Shown one piece after another: positions 12,400-60,109 of a stretch of DNA of 64,000 nucleotides. Every line of letters starts with the position of its first letter. The first letter of the stretch is position 1. The DNA lies in NCBI GenBank assembly GCA_002269645.1, contig NIVC01000917.1, positions 1 to 64,000 on the forward strand. The letters are read 5' to 3'. Source of the stretch: Macrostomum lignano (lineage: Eukaryota). The notes under the pieces are model-generated. The model had not been told where the DNA came from. It saw nothing but the letters and a program-made list of their open reading frames with translations, and did no database searches. The position numbers and the translations under genes were made by a program.

Positions 12400-13429
12400 C
12401 TTGCAGTACAGCCCATACTAGTGCATCGGATATCGTTGAATCGCACAGACTCCTTGTATCTGTTTTTATGGCGTCAACTGAGCTGTACAACAGATATTTT
12501 TTACGCTTGTAACGTGTTTTTGTAGCTTAGAAAAAGTATAACTGGCCTCCATGCAAATCCACTACGACAAAAATCGACCCTAGTCATATAAAGGGGCTTA
12601 GAAGGATTCGAGAAAGAACCGGTAAGTAATACTGGGATGAGGGAATAAGAGATATCGAATGACAAGATAAAAAACTAAGATATGGAGGAGTTAGCGAGGG
12701 AGATAAAGGGAGATAGGAGGGAGATAAGGAGACAGAAAGCGAGAGGGAGATAGGAGGGAGATAGAGAGACAGAGACGGAAAGCGAGTGAGAGATGGAGAG
12801 TTTAGCCCCAAATTTTCAGAGCATCGATCAAAGAAGTTGAAGCTCAACAAGCCACTCCAGTTGCAGTTAAAGTTTTATGAGAAAAGGACAGTGAAAATAA
12901 AAAGTTTTACAGGTCCGCAAAGCTTGGCAGGAAGTCGGTGATGCACCCCACCCCCATCCACCAATTTTGCTGGCAGCAATGGGCCGGTGGAAGCTGCTGC
13001 TAATTTGTGTGTGTCTGCAGAAAAATTGTAAAAACAATTTTTATGCGTCACTCGCAGTGGCTGGAATGAAACAGCGATGGGGTGCCTGTTGCCGTAGGAA
13101 GACCTCGCTTCCTCTGCCTCTCGACGCATTTTCGCCGATCTGAGGATCAGATAACCCAGCACGGAGTCCGCTTAAAGCTGCTTAGTTATCCCCGCCGCTG
13201 GCCATGCGTTGATCCCCAACAAGGTGATCCGCTGATTCCTCGGTGTCTGGGTGAAGATTGCCGAAAGTTACGCCCGCCTCTTACTGCCGGTTTCCTAACT
13301 TGAAGAGGGACAAGAAGCTTGAAGAAAATGTTTTCCTTTTGCTTGCTTGCTGCATCCAGATGTGACGGAGAGCGAGGTTGGAATGGCGATTTTTTGAATG
13401 GAGTAAGTTGTGAGAAAGGGGTTGAGAGA

Positions 13430-13990
13430 GATATGAGGGAGATTTGAGGGAGATTGGGAGAAGAGAGATTAGGGAAGTTTGAGGGAGATTGGGAGAAGAG
13501 AGATTAGGGAAGTTTGAGGGAGATTGGGAGAAGAGAGATTGGGGAAGTTTGAGGGAGATTGGGAGAAGAGAGATTGGGGAAGTTTGAGGGAGATTGGGAG
13601 AAGAGAGATTAGGGGAGTTTGAGGGAGATTGGGAGAAGAGAGATTAGGGAAGTTTGAGGGAGATTGGGAGAAGAGAGATTAGGGAAGTTTGAGGGAGATT
13701 GGGAGAAGAGAGATTGGGGGAGTTTGAGGGAGATTGGGAGAAGAGAGATTGGGGGAGTTTGAGGGAGATTGGGAGAAGAGAGATTAGGGAAGTTTGAGGG
13801 AGATTGGGAGAAGAGAGATTGGGGAAGTTTGAGGGAGATTGAGAGAAGAGAGATTGGGGAAGTTTGAGGGAGATTGGGAGAAGAGAGATTAGGGAAGTTT
13901 GAGGGAGATTGGGAGAAGAGAGATTGGGGAAGTTTGAGGGAGATTGGGAGAAGAGAGATTGGGGAAGTTTGAGGGAGATTGAGAGAGGAG
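13430..13990. repeat. 35-bp purine-rich minisatellite
   Basis: gagggagattgggagaagagagattagggaagttt units. Confidence 0.95.
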
Positions 13991-15337
13991 AAATTGCGGG
14001 AAATTGAAGTGAGAAGACCCCGAGTTGTTGTGCTATTTATTAATTAGCAAGCAGCTGAGGAGGCAGCAATCAGTATGCCAATGGTGCCATAACTACTCTC
14101 GGCAGCATCTGCACTCCTCACTGTAGCTGCTGCAGACGCCAGCCAATAGGAGGCGAGCTGGCATCTGATTGGCCGATGAAAACGAAAGCCCTCTTCCCCA
14201 GGTTAATCAGGGAGAAAAACTAAGCGATCCAAGGATGATAAATATGTCAATTTGCTTGTTGCTTTGCCCAAAAAGGCAAGAAACTAGCAAAATTTACCGC
14301 TCGCTTTTGTTTGCTTCTTCTTCTGCAAAGATAAAAGATAAAGAAATTCTGGCTAGGTGAAAAGAATGATCATATTTTTGAATAGAACTTTTTCATTTCA
14401 GTAACGACTCGTCCCAATGAAGATTACACAGCTCGTGAGCTTCTGCATCATATCAGCCGCTGGAGCGGCTTCCGCTTTGGCTGTGGGATTCGGGTTCCAG
14501 GCTGGAGGCGGCGGCTTCCACATCGGTGAGGTGGCATTCTGGCTGCTCAACTTGAAATCCACGACGATAGATATTGTTTTGATTTATCCCGCTCTCATCT
14601 CTGTAGCTATCACCTAATTTAAAGTCTCAAAACCTCTCTCCCTCTCCCCCTCTCTCCCTCCCCTCTCTCCCTCTTCCCCCTCTCTTCCTCCCCTCTCTCC
14701 CTCTCTCCCTCTCTCCCTGCCCCCTCTCCCCCCTCCCCTCTCTCCCTCTCTCTTTATCTCATTGTCTCCCTCTACCCCCATTCACCATCTCTTCCTCTCA
14801 CCCCTATCTCCCTTTTCCTCCTTCAATCTCTCTCGGTATGTTTTGCTCCCAATCCTTTTCTAATTAAGTTATAATGTTAAAGTTTACCACAAAATTTGAA
14901 AAACACTGATTGAGAAGATGCTAGAGTCGCTGTCTTCCCACCAGCCTAATCCCTTGAGCTTGTACAGAGCAGTTAATCCAGCTTCACGAACCAGTGGCTA
15001 CAGGGAAATAAGACCCCATCGTGGCAACAAAAATCTATCCCTACTCTATAGGGAATATTGTCAACAGAAAAAAATAATTCAGATAGGTTGTCATTTATGA
15101 AACAGATGAACACAATATTCAAAGGGTGGTTATCCCCTTGAGAGAGTTTATTTAGCCATAATTCAAGGCTCATTCGAAATCGCCTCATCCCTCAACATGG
15201 GTTCAGACAGTTCCGTGATGAGAAATTTAATTAACTGCAAATTTATCGCCTGCATTTCTGACTCAGAGACAGGTTTTCCTGCAACTTTTGCTCCGAATTT
15301 TGCATATTAATCCCACAGATACCGATTTGGGTACCAG

Positions 15338-16550
15338 CTGTCTGTCTCATAGTGTCTGTCTGATAGTGTCTGTCTCATAGTGTCTGTCTCATTGTGTCTG
15401 TCTCATAGTGTCTATTTCATAGTGTCTGTCTGATAGTGTCTGTCTCATAGTGTCTGTCTCATAGTGTCTGTCTGATAGTGTCTGTCTGATAGTGTCTGTC
15501 TGATAGTGTCTGTATCATCTATCTCAGTATCTATCTCATCTATCTCCTAGTGTCTATCTCATCTATCTCCTAGTGTCTATCTCATAGTGCCTGTCTCATG
15601 GTGTCTGTCTCATGGTGTCTGTCTCATGGTGTCTATCTCATCTATCTCATAGTGTCTATCTCATAGTGCCTGTCTCATGGTGTCTGTCTCATGGTGTCTG
15701 TCTCATGGTGTCTGTCTCATAGTGTCTGTCTCATGGTGTCTGTCTCATGGTGTCTGTCTCATGGTGTCTATTTCATAGTGCCTGTCTCATGGTGTCTGTC
15801 TCATGGTGTCTGTCTCATGGTGTCTGTCTCATGGTGTCTGTCTCATGGTGTCTGTCTCATGGTGTCTATCTCATAGTGCCTGTCTCATGGTGTCTGTCTC
15901 ATGGTGTCTGTCTCATGGTGTCTGTCTCATGGTGTCTGTCTCATAGTGTCTGTCTCATAGTGTCTGTATCATAGTGTCTGTCTCATGGTGTCTGTCTCAT
16001 AGTGTCTGTCTCATAGTGTCTGTCTCATAGTGTCTGTCTCATAGTGTCTGTCTCATAGTGTCTATTTCATAGTGTCTATCTCATAGTGTCTGTCTGATAG
16101 TGTCTGTCTCACAGTGTCTGTATCATAGTGTCTATTTCATAGTGTCTGTCTCATAGTGTCTGTATTATAGTGTCTGTCTCACAGTGTCTATTTCATAGTG
16201 TCTGTCTCATAGTGTCTGTCTCACAGTGTCTGTATTATAGTGTCTGTCTCACAGTGTCTATTTCATAGTGTCTGTCCTATATTGTCTGTCTCATATGTCT
16301 GTCTCATCTATCTCATAGTGTCTATCTCATCTATCTTATATTGTCTATCTCATCTATCTCATAGTGTCTGTCTCAAAGTGTCTCTATCATTCATAGTGTC
16401 TGTCTCATAGTGTCTATCCCATAGCTGTCTCATAGTGGCTATCTCATAGCTGTCTCATAGTGTCTCTCTCATAGTGTCTGTCTCATTGTGTCTACCTCAT
16501 AGTGTCTATATCACAGTGTCTATCTCATAGAGTCTATCTCACTATCTCTA
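15338..16550. repeat. 14-bp minisatellite catagtgtctgtct
   Basis: Direct inspection. Confidence 0.95.
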
Positions 16551-17154
16551 TCTCACTGTCTGCATCTCTATTTTATTGCATTGCTTCTCCTCGACCGTCT
16601 TCATGCCTGCATTATGACCAGATCATTGGCGTGACTTTCTTCACACAGAAATATAGTTAATAAAATTAAAAGCACAGGTGGAATACACATATTTAAAAAA
16701 TAGTTCCCATCATAAAAAATGAATTCTGCAACTCCCAAGCGTATAGTCTACCGGGCCATCAGCCAGCCACTCCCTTCGGGGGCGTCTCACATTAATTGAA
16801 TGCTCTGCCACCGATCAATCAATGAGATCATTTATCCCCACTGTGGGGGAAGATTAGTAACTGGGTAAAATAGAAAGGTTAGCTCCTGTGCCCAGACCTT
16901 AATGGCTTTTTCTTCATATAAAACTGCAGCTCAGTAGCTTGCGTGCCTTCAGGGGTGGCAAAGTAAGCCAAATGAGGCCATCTCAGATGGAAATTGGGGG
17001 AGCGGGGTCTGGGCACAATTGTTAATCCCCCATCGGCAAGGTGATTTTGTTCTTTTTGTGCTGCTTTGTCTTCTTGGTAATAGCTCTTTGCTGCTTTGGG
17101 CAGCACTGCTGAATGCATGCCCACTAAACCTGCTAGCTCTGTGACTGCCTGCAC

Positions 17155-19350
17155 ATCTCCTCTCCCCTTCTCCCTCTCCCCTTCTCCCTCTCCCCTTCTC
17201 CCTCTCCCCTTCTCCCCTTCTCCCTCTCCCCTTCTCCTCTCCCCTTCTCCCTTTTCTCCCCCTTCTCCCTCTTCTCCCTCTCCCTCTCCCTTCTCCCTCT
17301 CCCCTTCTCCTCTCCCCTTCTCCCTCTCCCCTCTCCCTCTCCCTCTCCCCTTCTCCCTCTCCTCTCTCTCTCTCTCCTTCTCTCCCTCTCCTCTCTCTCT
17401 CTCCCTTCTCCCTCTCCCCTTCTCACTCTCCCCTTCTTCCCTCTCCCCTTCTCCCTCTCCCTCTCTCTCTCCCTCTCCCCTTCTCCCTTCTCCCTCTTCT
17501 CCCCTCTCCCTCTTCTCACTCTCCCCTATTCCCTCTCCCCTCTCCCTCTCCCCTTCTCCCTCTCCCCTTCTCCCTTTCCCCTTCTCACTCTCCCCTTCTC
17601 ACTCTCCCCTTCTCACACTCTCCACTCTTCTCTCCCCTTCTCCCTCTCCCCTTCTCTCTCTCTCCCCTTCTCACTCTCCCCTTCTCCCTCTCCCCTTCTC
17701 TCTCTCTCTCCCTTCTCTCTCTCCCCTTCTTCTCTCTCTCTCCTCCCTTCTCCCTCTCCCCTTCTCTCTCTCCCCTTCTCCCTCTCCCCTTCTCCCTCTC
17801 CCCTTCTCCCTCTCCCTCTTCTCCCTTTCCCTTCTCACTCTCCCCTTCTCACTCTCCACTTCTCACTCTCCTCTTCTCACTCTCCCCTTCTCACTCTCCC
17901 CTTCTCACTCTCCCCTTCTCACTCTCCCCTTCTCACTCTCCCCTTCTCACTCTCTCTCCTCTCTCTCTCTCTCTCCTCTCTCCTCTCTCTCTCTCTCTCT
18001 CTCCCCTTCTCCCTCTCCCCTTCTCCCTCTCCCCTTCTCCCTCTCCCCTTCTCCCTCTCCTCTCTCTCTCCCCTTCTCCCTCTCCTCTCTCTCTCTCCCT
18101 TTCTCCCTCTCCTCTCTCTCTCCCCTTCTCCCTCTCCCCTTCTCACTCTCCCCTATTCCCTCTCCCCTTCTCCCTCTCCCCTTCTCCCTCTCCCCTTCTC
18201 CCTTTCCCCTTCTCACTCTCCCCTTCTCACTCTCCACTTCTCACTCTCCCCTTCTCACTCTCCCCTTCTCACTCTCCCCTTCTCACTCTCCCCTTCTCAC
18301 TCTCCCCTTCTCACTCTCCCCTTCTCACTCTCCCCTTCTCACTCTCTCTCCTCTCTCCTCTCCTCTCTCCTCTCTCTCCTCTCTCTTCTCTCTCCCCTTC
18401 TCACTCTCCCCTTCTCACTCTCCCCTTCTCCCTCTCCCCTTCTCCCTCTCCCTTTCTCCCTCTCCCCTTCTCTCTCTCCCCTTCTCCCTCTCCTCTCTCT
18501 CTCTCCCTTTCTCCCTCTCCTCTCTCTCTCCCCTTCTCCCTCTCCCCTTCTCACTCTCCCCTATTCCCTCTCCCCTTCTCACTCTCCCCTTCTCACTCTC
18601 CCCTTCTCACTCTCCCCTTCTCACTCTCCCCTTCTCACTCTCCCCTTCTCACTCTCCCCTTCTCACTCTCCCCTTCTCACTCTCCCCTTCTCACTCTCCC
18701 CTTCTCACTCTCCCCTTCTCACTCTCCCCTTCTCACTCTCTCTCCTCTCTCCTCTCCTCTCTCCTCTCTCTCCTCTCTCTTCTCTCTCCCCTTCTCCCTC
18801 TCCTCTCTCTCCCCTTCTCCCTCTCCTCTCTCTCTCCCCTTCTCCCTCTCCCCTTCTCTCTCTCCCCTTCTCTCTCTCCCCTTCTCCCTCTCCTCTCTCT
18901 CTCTCCCTTTCTCCCTCTCCTCTCTCTCTCCCCTTCTCCCTCTCCCATTCTCACTCTCCCCTATTCCCTCTCCCCTTCTCCCTCTCCCCTTCTCCCTTTC
19001 CCCTTCTCACTCTCCCCTTCTCACTCTCCCCTTCTCACTCTCCCCTTCTCACTCTCCCCTTCTCACTCTCCCCTTCTCACTCTCCCCTTCTCACTCTCCC
19101 CTTCTCACTCTCCCCTTCTCACTCTCCCCTTCTCACTCTCCCCTTCTCCCTCTCCCCTTCTCCTCTCCCCTTCTCACTCTCCCCTTCTCGCTCTCCCCTT
19201 CTCTCTCTCTCCCCTTCTCTCTCTCCCCTTCTCCCTCTCCCCTTCTCCCTCTCCTCTCTCTCTCCCCTTCTCCCTCTCCCCTTCTCCCTCTCCCCTTCTC
19301 CCTTTCCCCATCGCACTCTTCCCTTTTTCTTTTTTCTCATCTCCTCTCCG
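17155..19350. repeat. Polypyrimidine minisatellite (ctctccccttctca/cc)
   Basis: 2.2 kb of almost pure C/T; source of the 769-aa spurious ORF. Confidence 0.95.
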
Positions 19351-19944
19351 CTCTCCCCAGTCAGGCCAACTCATACTCGAATCAGCCAAAATTCCTATAG
19401 ATTGATGGGATCAAATTCCCAATTCAGCCCACCCGAGTAATCCCATAATACCTGATGCTGAAGGTTCTCGATGCGGGTCGCCGCCCCCCAAGCGCAGTCT
19501 GCGCGAACATGACAAGCAGACATGCAGAGCTCATAACGACCTGAAAAGAGAGTCAGGATTTTCCTATGGTCTGTTTGGTCTCAAATTTCTGCTCAAGAGC
19601 TCTAGCCAGACGCAGCTGATTACGCAATAGCTTTGTAGATGCACGATTATAAAAATTGGCCTTTGGAAAGGCCGTTCAAACAGTAACGTGTCGCTAATGG
19701 AGCTTTGAGATTGACTGCCAGCTCAGAATCCTGTTGTCACCCAGGCAGGCATCGGCTGTCGTCAACTCGCTATATGCTCAAGGTGTTAACAGTCGGGTTG
19801 GAGGGGGGCAAGGGCACGGTCTCAAATAAAAGCAAAGTTAAGCCTCTGCCAGCGCACGCTTGTGCGAATGCGGGGCTTGTGACAGCATCTCCTCTCTTTG
19901 AATAATATTGATAAAAATAACTGCAGAACAGCCGCAACTGGAAA

Positions 19945-20873
19945 TCAATAAATTTGCTTCAAGGCGACAAAGTATAGTGCCTGCGACGCTGAAATGAGTG
20001 CCTGCGACGCTGAAATGAGTGCCTGCGACGCTGAAATGAGTGCCTGCGACGCTGAAATGAGTGCCTGCGACGCTAAATGAGTGCCTGCGACGCTGAAATG
20101 AGTGCCTGCGACGCTAAATGAGTGCCTGCGACGCCAAAATGAGTGCCTGCGGCGCTAAAATGAGTGCCTGCGGCGCTAAAATGAGTGCCTGCGGCGCTAA
20201 AATGAGTGCCTGCGGCGCTAAAATGAGTGCCTGCGGCGCTAAAATGAGTGCCTGCGGCGCTAAAATGAGTGCCTGCGGCGCTAAAATGAGTTCCTGCGGC
20301 GCTAAAATGAGTGCCTGCGACGCTAAAATGAGTGCCTGTGGCGCTAAAATGAGTGCCTGTGGCGCTAAAATGAGTGTCTGCGGCGCTAAAATGAGTGCCT
20401 GCGGAGCAAAATGAGTGCCTGCGGCGCTAAAATGAGTGCCTGCGGAGCTAAAATGAGTGCCTGCGGAGCTAAAATGAGTGCCTGCGGCGCTAAAATGAGT
20501 GCCTGCGGCGCTAAAATGAGTGCCTGCGGCGCTAAAATGAGTGCCTGCGGCGCTAAAATGAGTGCCTGCGGCGCTAAAATGAGTGCCTGCGGCGCTAAAA
20601 TGAGTGCCTGCGGAGCTAAAATGTGTGCCTGCGGAGCTAAAATGAGTTCCTGCGGCGCTAAAATGAGTGCCTGCGACGCTAAAATGAGTGCCTGCTAAAA
20701 TGAGTGCCTGCGGCGCTAAAATGAGTTCCTGCGACGCTAAAATGAGGGCCTGCGGCGCCAAATGAGTGCAAAATGAGCGCTGGTAACACCAATCCTGAAA
20801 ATAATGTACACGTACTAAGTACATGTAGAATTTTTGGCTTCCCCCCACCGTAAAATCCATGGCGCCGCCCCTG
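19945..20873 (+). mobile_element. hAT-like non-autonomous element (right end) carrying the same 21-bp array
   Basis: Same pre-array linker as the 10.5-kb copy; ends AAATCCATGGCGCCGCCCCTG like the right end of the MITE at 387. Confidence 0.6.
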
Positions 20874-21326
20874 CTACAATGCTTGTTGTGCCAAACAATC
20901 AGAGTTCAAAGCAGATTTGCAGTTCCAAATGTATTCCATTTTTCTAGACTTACTGAACAGTAAAACTGTCTGAAATTTGGGATCCTGTAGAAACACAGGC
21001 CATTTTAAAGACATTTTAAAGACTGCGACGTTTCTAAACTTTTCTCAAAAGCAAAATTCTGCTTGTGCGGCTGCCAATTGGAAAAGAAAACTTCAATGCA
21101 GCAGTAAAACCAATTGATTAGCGGCTTGGATCAATATTAAAAAGGTCGCCATGAACTTCTGCGCAGATTAGCCCGCTTTTCCACTTCCCCACTTACTGCG
21201 AAAGCGCGACATGCGCCAAAGCTCGTAAAAAAACTCAAACCGGCAAAACTGCGTGCCAGCGGAAGCAAATAATTGGTGCTGCGCGAGACAGGACGCGTAG
21301 AAGGTTAAAATACTGCGCTTCGTGAT

Positions 21327-21934
<608 letters not shown>

Positions 21935-22379
21935 GCAGCGCTAACGAGAGGCGAGTGAGATTTCTGTGAACAATAATAAGCAGACGCAGCGGCAGCTCTG
22001 TAGCCTTGAATGACGTCGGCAGGCGGTCGCCAGCAAGAAACTGACCCTGTTCTTATCCGGTTGTCTTTTGACTTTTCCAGTCTCTCGCCATCATCCCCCT
22101 CTCGTCAGCAACGAGTCAGGCGGCCGGACAGTTCTGCAACAACACACCAGTTGAGGTGGCTGCGGGTAGGGCAAGAAATGTTTGTCGCTCTGCTATTTTT
22201 TCGGCGTTAGTTTCGAATTTTGCCCAGTTAAAATTCCGCTAAAGGTGAAAACTCTTGGTTGGAATGGAATTGCCGATATGGTCACGAAGAGGGACACACT
22301 GATGCGAGAGTGGCACCAATGTAGCTGTTTTGTGGAGTTGGAAAGGCGAGGGAGATACGCGTAATAAAAACAGGGAATG

Positions 22380-23465
22380 AGATGGTGGGAAAGAGAGGGT
22401 GGGAAAGAGAGGGTAGAGTGGGTGGGAAAGAGAGGGTGGGAAAGAGAGGGTGGGAAAGAGAGGGTGGGAAAGAGAGGGTAGAGTGGGTGGGAAAGAGAGG
22501 GTGGGAAAGAAAGGGTGGCACAGAGAGGGTGGGAAAGAGTGAGTGGGAAAGAGAGGGTGGGAAAGAGAGGGTGGGAAAGAGAGGGTGGCACAGAGATGGT
22601 AGAGTGGGTGGGAAAGAGAGGGTGGCACAGAGAGGGTAGAGTGGGTGGGAAAGAGAGGGTGGCACAGAGAGGGTGGGAAAGAGAGGGTGGGAAAGAGAGG
22701 GTGGGAAAGAGAGGGTGGGAAAGAGAGGGTGGGAAAGAGAGGGTGGGAAAGAGAGGGTGGGAAAGAGAGGGTGGGAAAGAGAGGGTGGGAAAGAGAGGGT
22801 GGGAAAGAGAGGGTAGAGTGAGTGGGAAAGAGAGGGTGGCACAGAGAGGGTAGAGTGAGTGGGAAAGAGAGGGTGGCACAGAGAGGGTAGAGTGGGTAGG
22901 AAAGAGAGGGTGGCACAGAGAGGGTAGAGTGAGTGGGAAAGAGAGGGTGGCACAGAGAGGGTAGAGTGAGTGGGAAAGAGAGGGTGGCACAGAGAGGGTA
23001 GAGTGAGTGGGAAAGAGAGGGTGGCACAGAGAGGGTAGAGTGAGTGGGAAAGAGAGGGTGGCACAGAGAGGGTAGAGTGGGTAGGAAAGAGAGGGTGGCA
23101 CAGAGAGGGTAGAGTGAGTGGGAAAGAGAGGGTGGCACAGAGAGGGTAGAGTGAGTGGGAAAGAGAGGGTGGGAAAGAGAGGGTAGAGTGAGTGGGAAAG
23201 AGAGGGTAGCACAGAGAGGGTAGAGTGGATGGGAAAGAGAGGGTGGCACAGAGAGGGTAGAGTGAGTGGGAAAGAGAGGGTGGCACAGAGAGGGTAGAGT
23301 GGGTGGGAAAGAGAGGCTGGCACAGAGAGGGTAGAGTGAGTGGGAAAGAGAGGGTGGCACAGAGAGGGTAGAGTGGGTGGGAAAGAGAGGCTGGCACAGA
23401 GAGGGTAGAGTGGGTGGGAAAGAGAGGCTGGCACAGAGAGGGTAGAGTGGGTGGGAAAGAGAGGG
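22380..23465. repeat. G-rich 14-bp/37-bp minisatellite gggaaagagagggt
   Basis: Direct inspection. Confidence 0.95.
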
Positions 23466-24081
23466 TCGGTCAAGATCAGAGGGGCTGAAATTCAAAGAAA
23501 GAGATGCAGAGAAGGAGACGGAGAGAAGCAGATGCAGAGGTGGTGAGAAAGCCAACAGGCGTGAACCGGCAGCATGTAAGACAGCAAGAATAGTTCGTGC
23601 ACTGGTCAAGAAAGCGGGTGCCCAAGTAGACGAATCGGTCTGGATAGGCGGGGTCGGTGGGAGGCGTAAGAGAATCCCAGGCCTGCCGTGTCGCTGGCGC
23701 AAACTTAGAATAACAGTTAGTTTATCCTTGCCCCCAATACCAATCCTTAACCCCCGTGTTTCCTTTCTTCCCCGGGCATTATATCGTTTCTAATTTCTGG
23801 CCGTGTCTGTCTGATCCTCTGCCACCAAGCACTGTGTCCGGCTGGCACGGAGGCAGTTGTTAAGCCTGCTTCATCTTCTCTTCATCATCGCCTTATTCAG
23901 GTTGGACCAGATTCTCCCTCTCTCTCGCCTGCTTTCCTGGTCAGTTTTTCTTCTTGTGGAAGATAGCCCTAGCAACGTGAAGAATATTCGAATGCTTTTG
24001 TGCATCCTGCAACAAATACTGCTAGTATACTATTGCTAATCATGATAGTACACAGCCTCCTGTGCAACTGCGGGTTACTTG

Positions 24082-25129
<1,048 letters not shown>

Positions 25130-26037
25130 CGATAGTCAGTTCACATCAGATGCGCGCATGAGAGCCGTCATGTCAGCGGCAAATAAAAGAATAAGATCGG
25201 CCGGCTGCTTGCCTTTCTTGGCGGATCTTATCGTGGCGCTCACAGAAACAACTGAGTGACTCCCCTTAGCCTAGTTGATGAAGAGGGGGCCGGCTGCCGC
25301 TCCGCAGGTGGTCGCGCAGCCTCCTTTTCTTTAGTAACACCCATCCCATTTCTGTCTGCACCCCGCACTCTGCCGACCCCCCCTCCCGTCTACTTTCCTA
25401 ATCTGTCGACCGGATCTCTCCGCCCCTCTGCAGCAATGCTGTTCCTCATTCTTCTAGTAGCAGTCTTCCAGCAGCAACAATTCCAAGCTCCAACGCAATA
25501 GACTGAGCCCATTGCTGCTGCAAAAAGTTTTCATAACTTTTTGCCTTGCCATAACTCTAAAAAGTGTGAACCCTCCGTGTTTTTTCCATTTTTTCGTCGA
25601 AGAAGCGACAGTCTGTGTCAATTTTTCGTCGTTTGGTTTGAATTCGATGTTCTTAGTATTTTTTACTACTCTACTAGTAGTAGTAAAATTAGGACATTGG
25701 TGACTAAATTCGTGTAATAAAAGTTGATTCTGATTAATTCTGATTATTTTGCAAAAAATCTAAAGAGGAGAAATTTCCAAGTTAGCTTTAAATGCACTTT
25801 TCTGTGAGTACGAATTAACTTTGTGCCCAGAAGTGAACTGGAAAAGACTAGTTTACCTTAGCGAACAACAAAGGACGTTTTCATGCGTTGACAAGTGACT
25901 TCCTCCTTGATGTGGAGTTGCAGCATGCTTAGGGGTCTGCATTGGCTGCTTCAGAAGGCAAGTTTTTGGGATTTTTGAGTTTTTTGGGATAAAAAAAGTG
26001 ACTGTAAACGAAAGCAGAAATTTCATTGACCTATTAT

Positions 26038-27215
26038 TCGAGATTTGACCCCCTCTAGGCATCTCCTCAGAGATTTGACCCCCTGTAAGCATCTCCTCAG
26101 AGATTTGACCCCCTGTAAGCATCTCCTCCGAGATTTGAACCCCCCTAAGGATCTCATTCAAAATTTGTCGCCCCTCTAAGCATCTCCTCCGAGATTCGAC
26201 CCCCTCTAAGATTTGACCCCCCCCCTTCTAAGCATCCCTGAGATTTGACCCCCCCCTCTAAGCATCGCTGAGATTTGACCCCCCTCTAGGCATTCCTGAG
26301 ATTTGACCCCCCCATATAAGCATCCCTGAGATTTGACCCCCCTCTAGGCATCCCTGAGATTTGACCCCCCTCGAAGCATCTCCTCCGAGATTCGACCCCC
26401 TTTAAGATTTGACCCCCCCTTCTAAGCATCCCTGAGATTTGACCCCCCCTCTAAGCATCGCTGAGATTTGACCCCCCTCTAGGCATCCCTGAGATTTGAC
26501 CCCCTTCTAAGCATCCCTGAGATTTGACCCCTCCCTCTAAGCATCCCTGAGATTTGACCCCCCTCTAGGCATTCCTGAGATTTGACCCCCCCCTATAAGC
26601 ATCCCTGAGATTTGACCCCCCTCTAGGCATTCCTGAGATTTGACCCCCCCCCTATAAGCATCCCTGAGATTTAACCCCCCTCTAGGCATTCCTGAGATTT
26701 GACCCCCCATATAAGCATCCCTGAGATTTGACCCCCCTCTAGGCATCCCTGAGATTTGACCCCCCTCTAAAATCGCTGAGATTTGACCCCCCCTCTAGGC
26801 ATTCCTGAGATTTGACCCCCCCCTCTAGGCATCCCTGAGATTTGACCCCCCTCGAAGCATCTCCTCCGAGATTCGACCCCCTTTAAGATTTGACCCCCCC
26901 CTTCTAAGCATCCCTGAGATTTGACCCCCCTCTAGGCATTCCTGAGATTTGACCCCCCATATAAGCATCCCTGAGATTAGACCCCCCCCTCTAAGCATCC
27001 CTGAGATTTGACCCCCCTCTAGGCATCCCTGAGATTTGACCCCCACTCTAAGCATCCCTTAGATTTGACCCCCTTCTAAGCATCCCTAAGTTTTGACCCC
27101 CCCTCTAAGCATCCCTTAGATTTGACCCCCTTCTAAGCATCCCTGAGATTTGACCCCTCCCTCTAAGCATCCCTGAGATTTGACCCCTTCTAAGCATCCC
27201 TGAGATTTGACCCCA
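26038..27215. repeat. ~32-bp minisatellite gagatttgacccccctctaagcatccct, upstream of UNC5
   Basis: Direct inspection. Confidence 0.95.
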
Positions 27216-27533
27216 TCGAGGACCGAGGTTAGCATCTGCCCAACAATTTGAATGTCCAGCACAGTAAAGCTACAACACTGGACAGACATCAGTCTAAGTA
27301 AATCCCTTTATATAAAAAGCTTATGATATTGAATTCATTCTCCAAAGCTTCCTCATTGGCTCGCTGCTCACGGCTCTGCACTCTCACCTCCATCATTCAG
27401 TGAAACTGGTTGGCTGTGGGGAGTAGGAGGCAGTGTGGGAGGGACACACACACAAGCTTATAAACTCTCAGCTGTAAATTTATCTTATATTTCAGTTGCA
27501 AATCTCTAACAGAAGGCGGTGTAGAACTCAGTC

Positions 27534-59358
<31,825 letters not shown>

Positions 59359-59414
59359 GACTGGCTTTGAGCACCGCCAACCCCTCTGCTCCCCACTGGC
59401 CGCTTCTATCTGCA

Positions 59415-60008
59415 ACCTACCCAGAATCTGCCATCTACCCAGAATCTGCCACCTACCCAGAATCTGCCATCTACCCAGAATCTGCCATCTACCCAGAATC
59501 TGTCATCTACCCTCACTCAGAATCTGCCACTACCCTCTCTCAGAACCTGAAACTGCCCTCCCTCAAAATCTAACACTGCCCCCACTCAGAATCTGCCGCT
59601 GTCCTCTACCCAGAATCTGCCGCTGTCCTCTACCCAGAATCTGCCGCTGTCCTCTACCCAGAATCTGCCGCTGTCCTCTACCCAGAATCTGCCGCTGTCC
59701 TCTACCCAGAATCTGCCGCTGTCCTCTACCCAGAATCTGCCGCTGTCCTCTACCCAGAATCTGCCGCTGTCCTCTACCCATAATCTGCCGCTGTCCTCTA
59801 CCCAGAATCTGCCGCTGTCCTCTACCCAGAATCTGCCGCTGTCCTCTACCCAGAATCTGCCGCTGTCCTCTACCCAGAATCTGCCGCTGTCCTCTACCCA
59901 GAATCTGCCGCTGTCCTCTACCCAGAATCTGCCGCTGTCCTCTACCCAGAATCTGCCGCTGTCCTCTACCCAGAATCTGCCGCTGTCCTCTACCCAGAAT
60001 CTGCCTCT
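59415..60008. repeat. 24-bp minisatellite cccagaatctgccgctgtcctcta just 3' of the UNC5 stop
   Basis: Direct inspection. Confidence 0.95.
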
Positions 60009-60103
60009 ACTTCATAAACCCTAAACCTTCTCCGTCTTTTCAAACCGTCCTCTGGACTCCCATCTCCGCGTGGATTGTGATCAATATATTTTGTCAACTA
60101 ATT

Positions 60104-60109
60104 AATAAA
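60104..60109 (+). promoter_or_regulatory. Candidate polyadenylation signal for UNC5
   Basis: AATAAA followed by a T-rich tract, about 750 nt after the stop. Confidence 0.4.

Noticed and set aside
14960-15260. Possible decayed hAT transposase fragments on the minus strand
   Set aside because: Only vague motif resemblance across multiple stops; not supportable by eye.
16879-17154. 91-aa minus-strand ORF next to the CT array
   Set aside because: No domain similarity recognised and no partner exons found.
17096-19405. 769-aa ORF
   Set aside because: It is the translation of a stop-free C/T satellite (only L, S, P, F, H, T).
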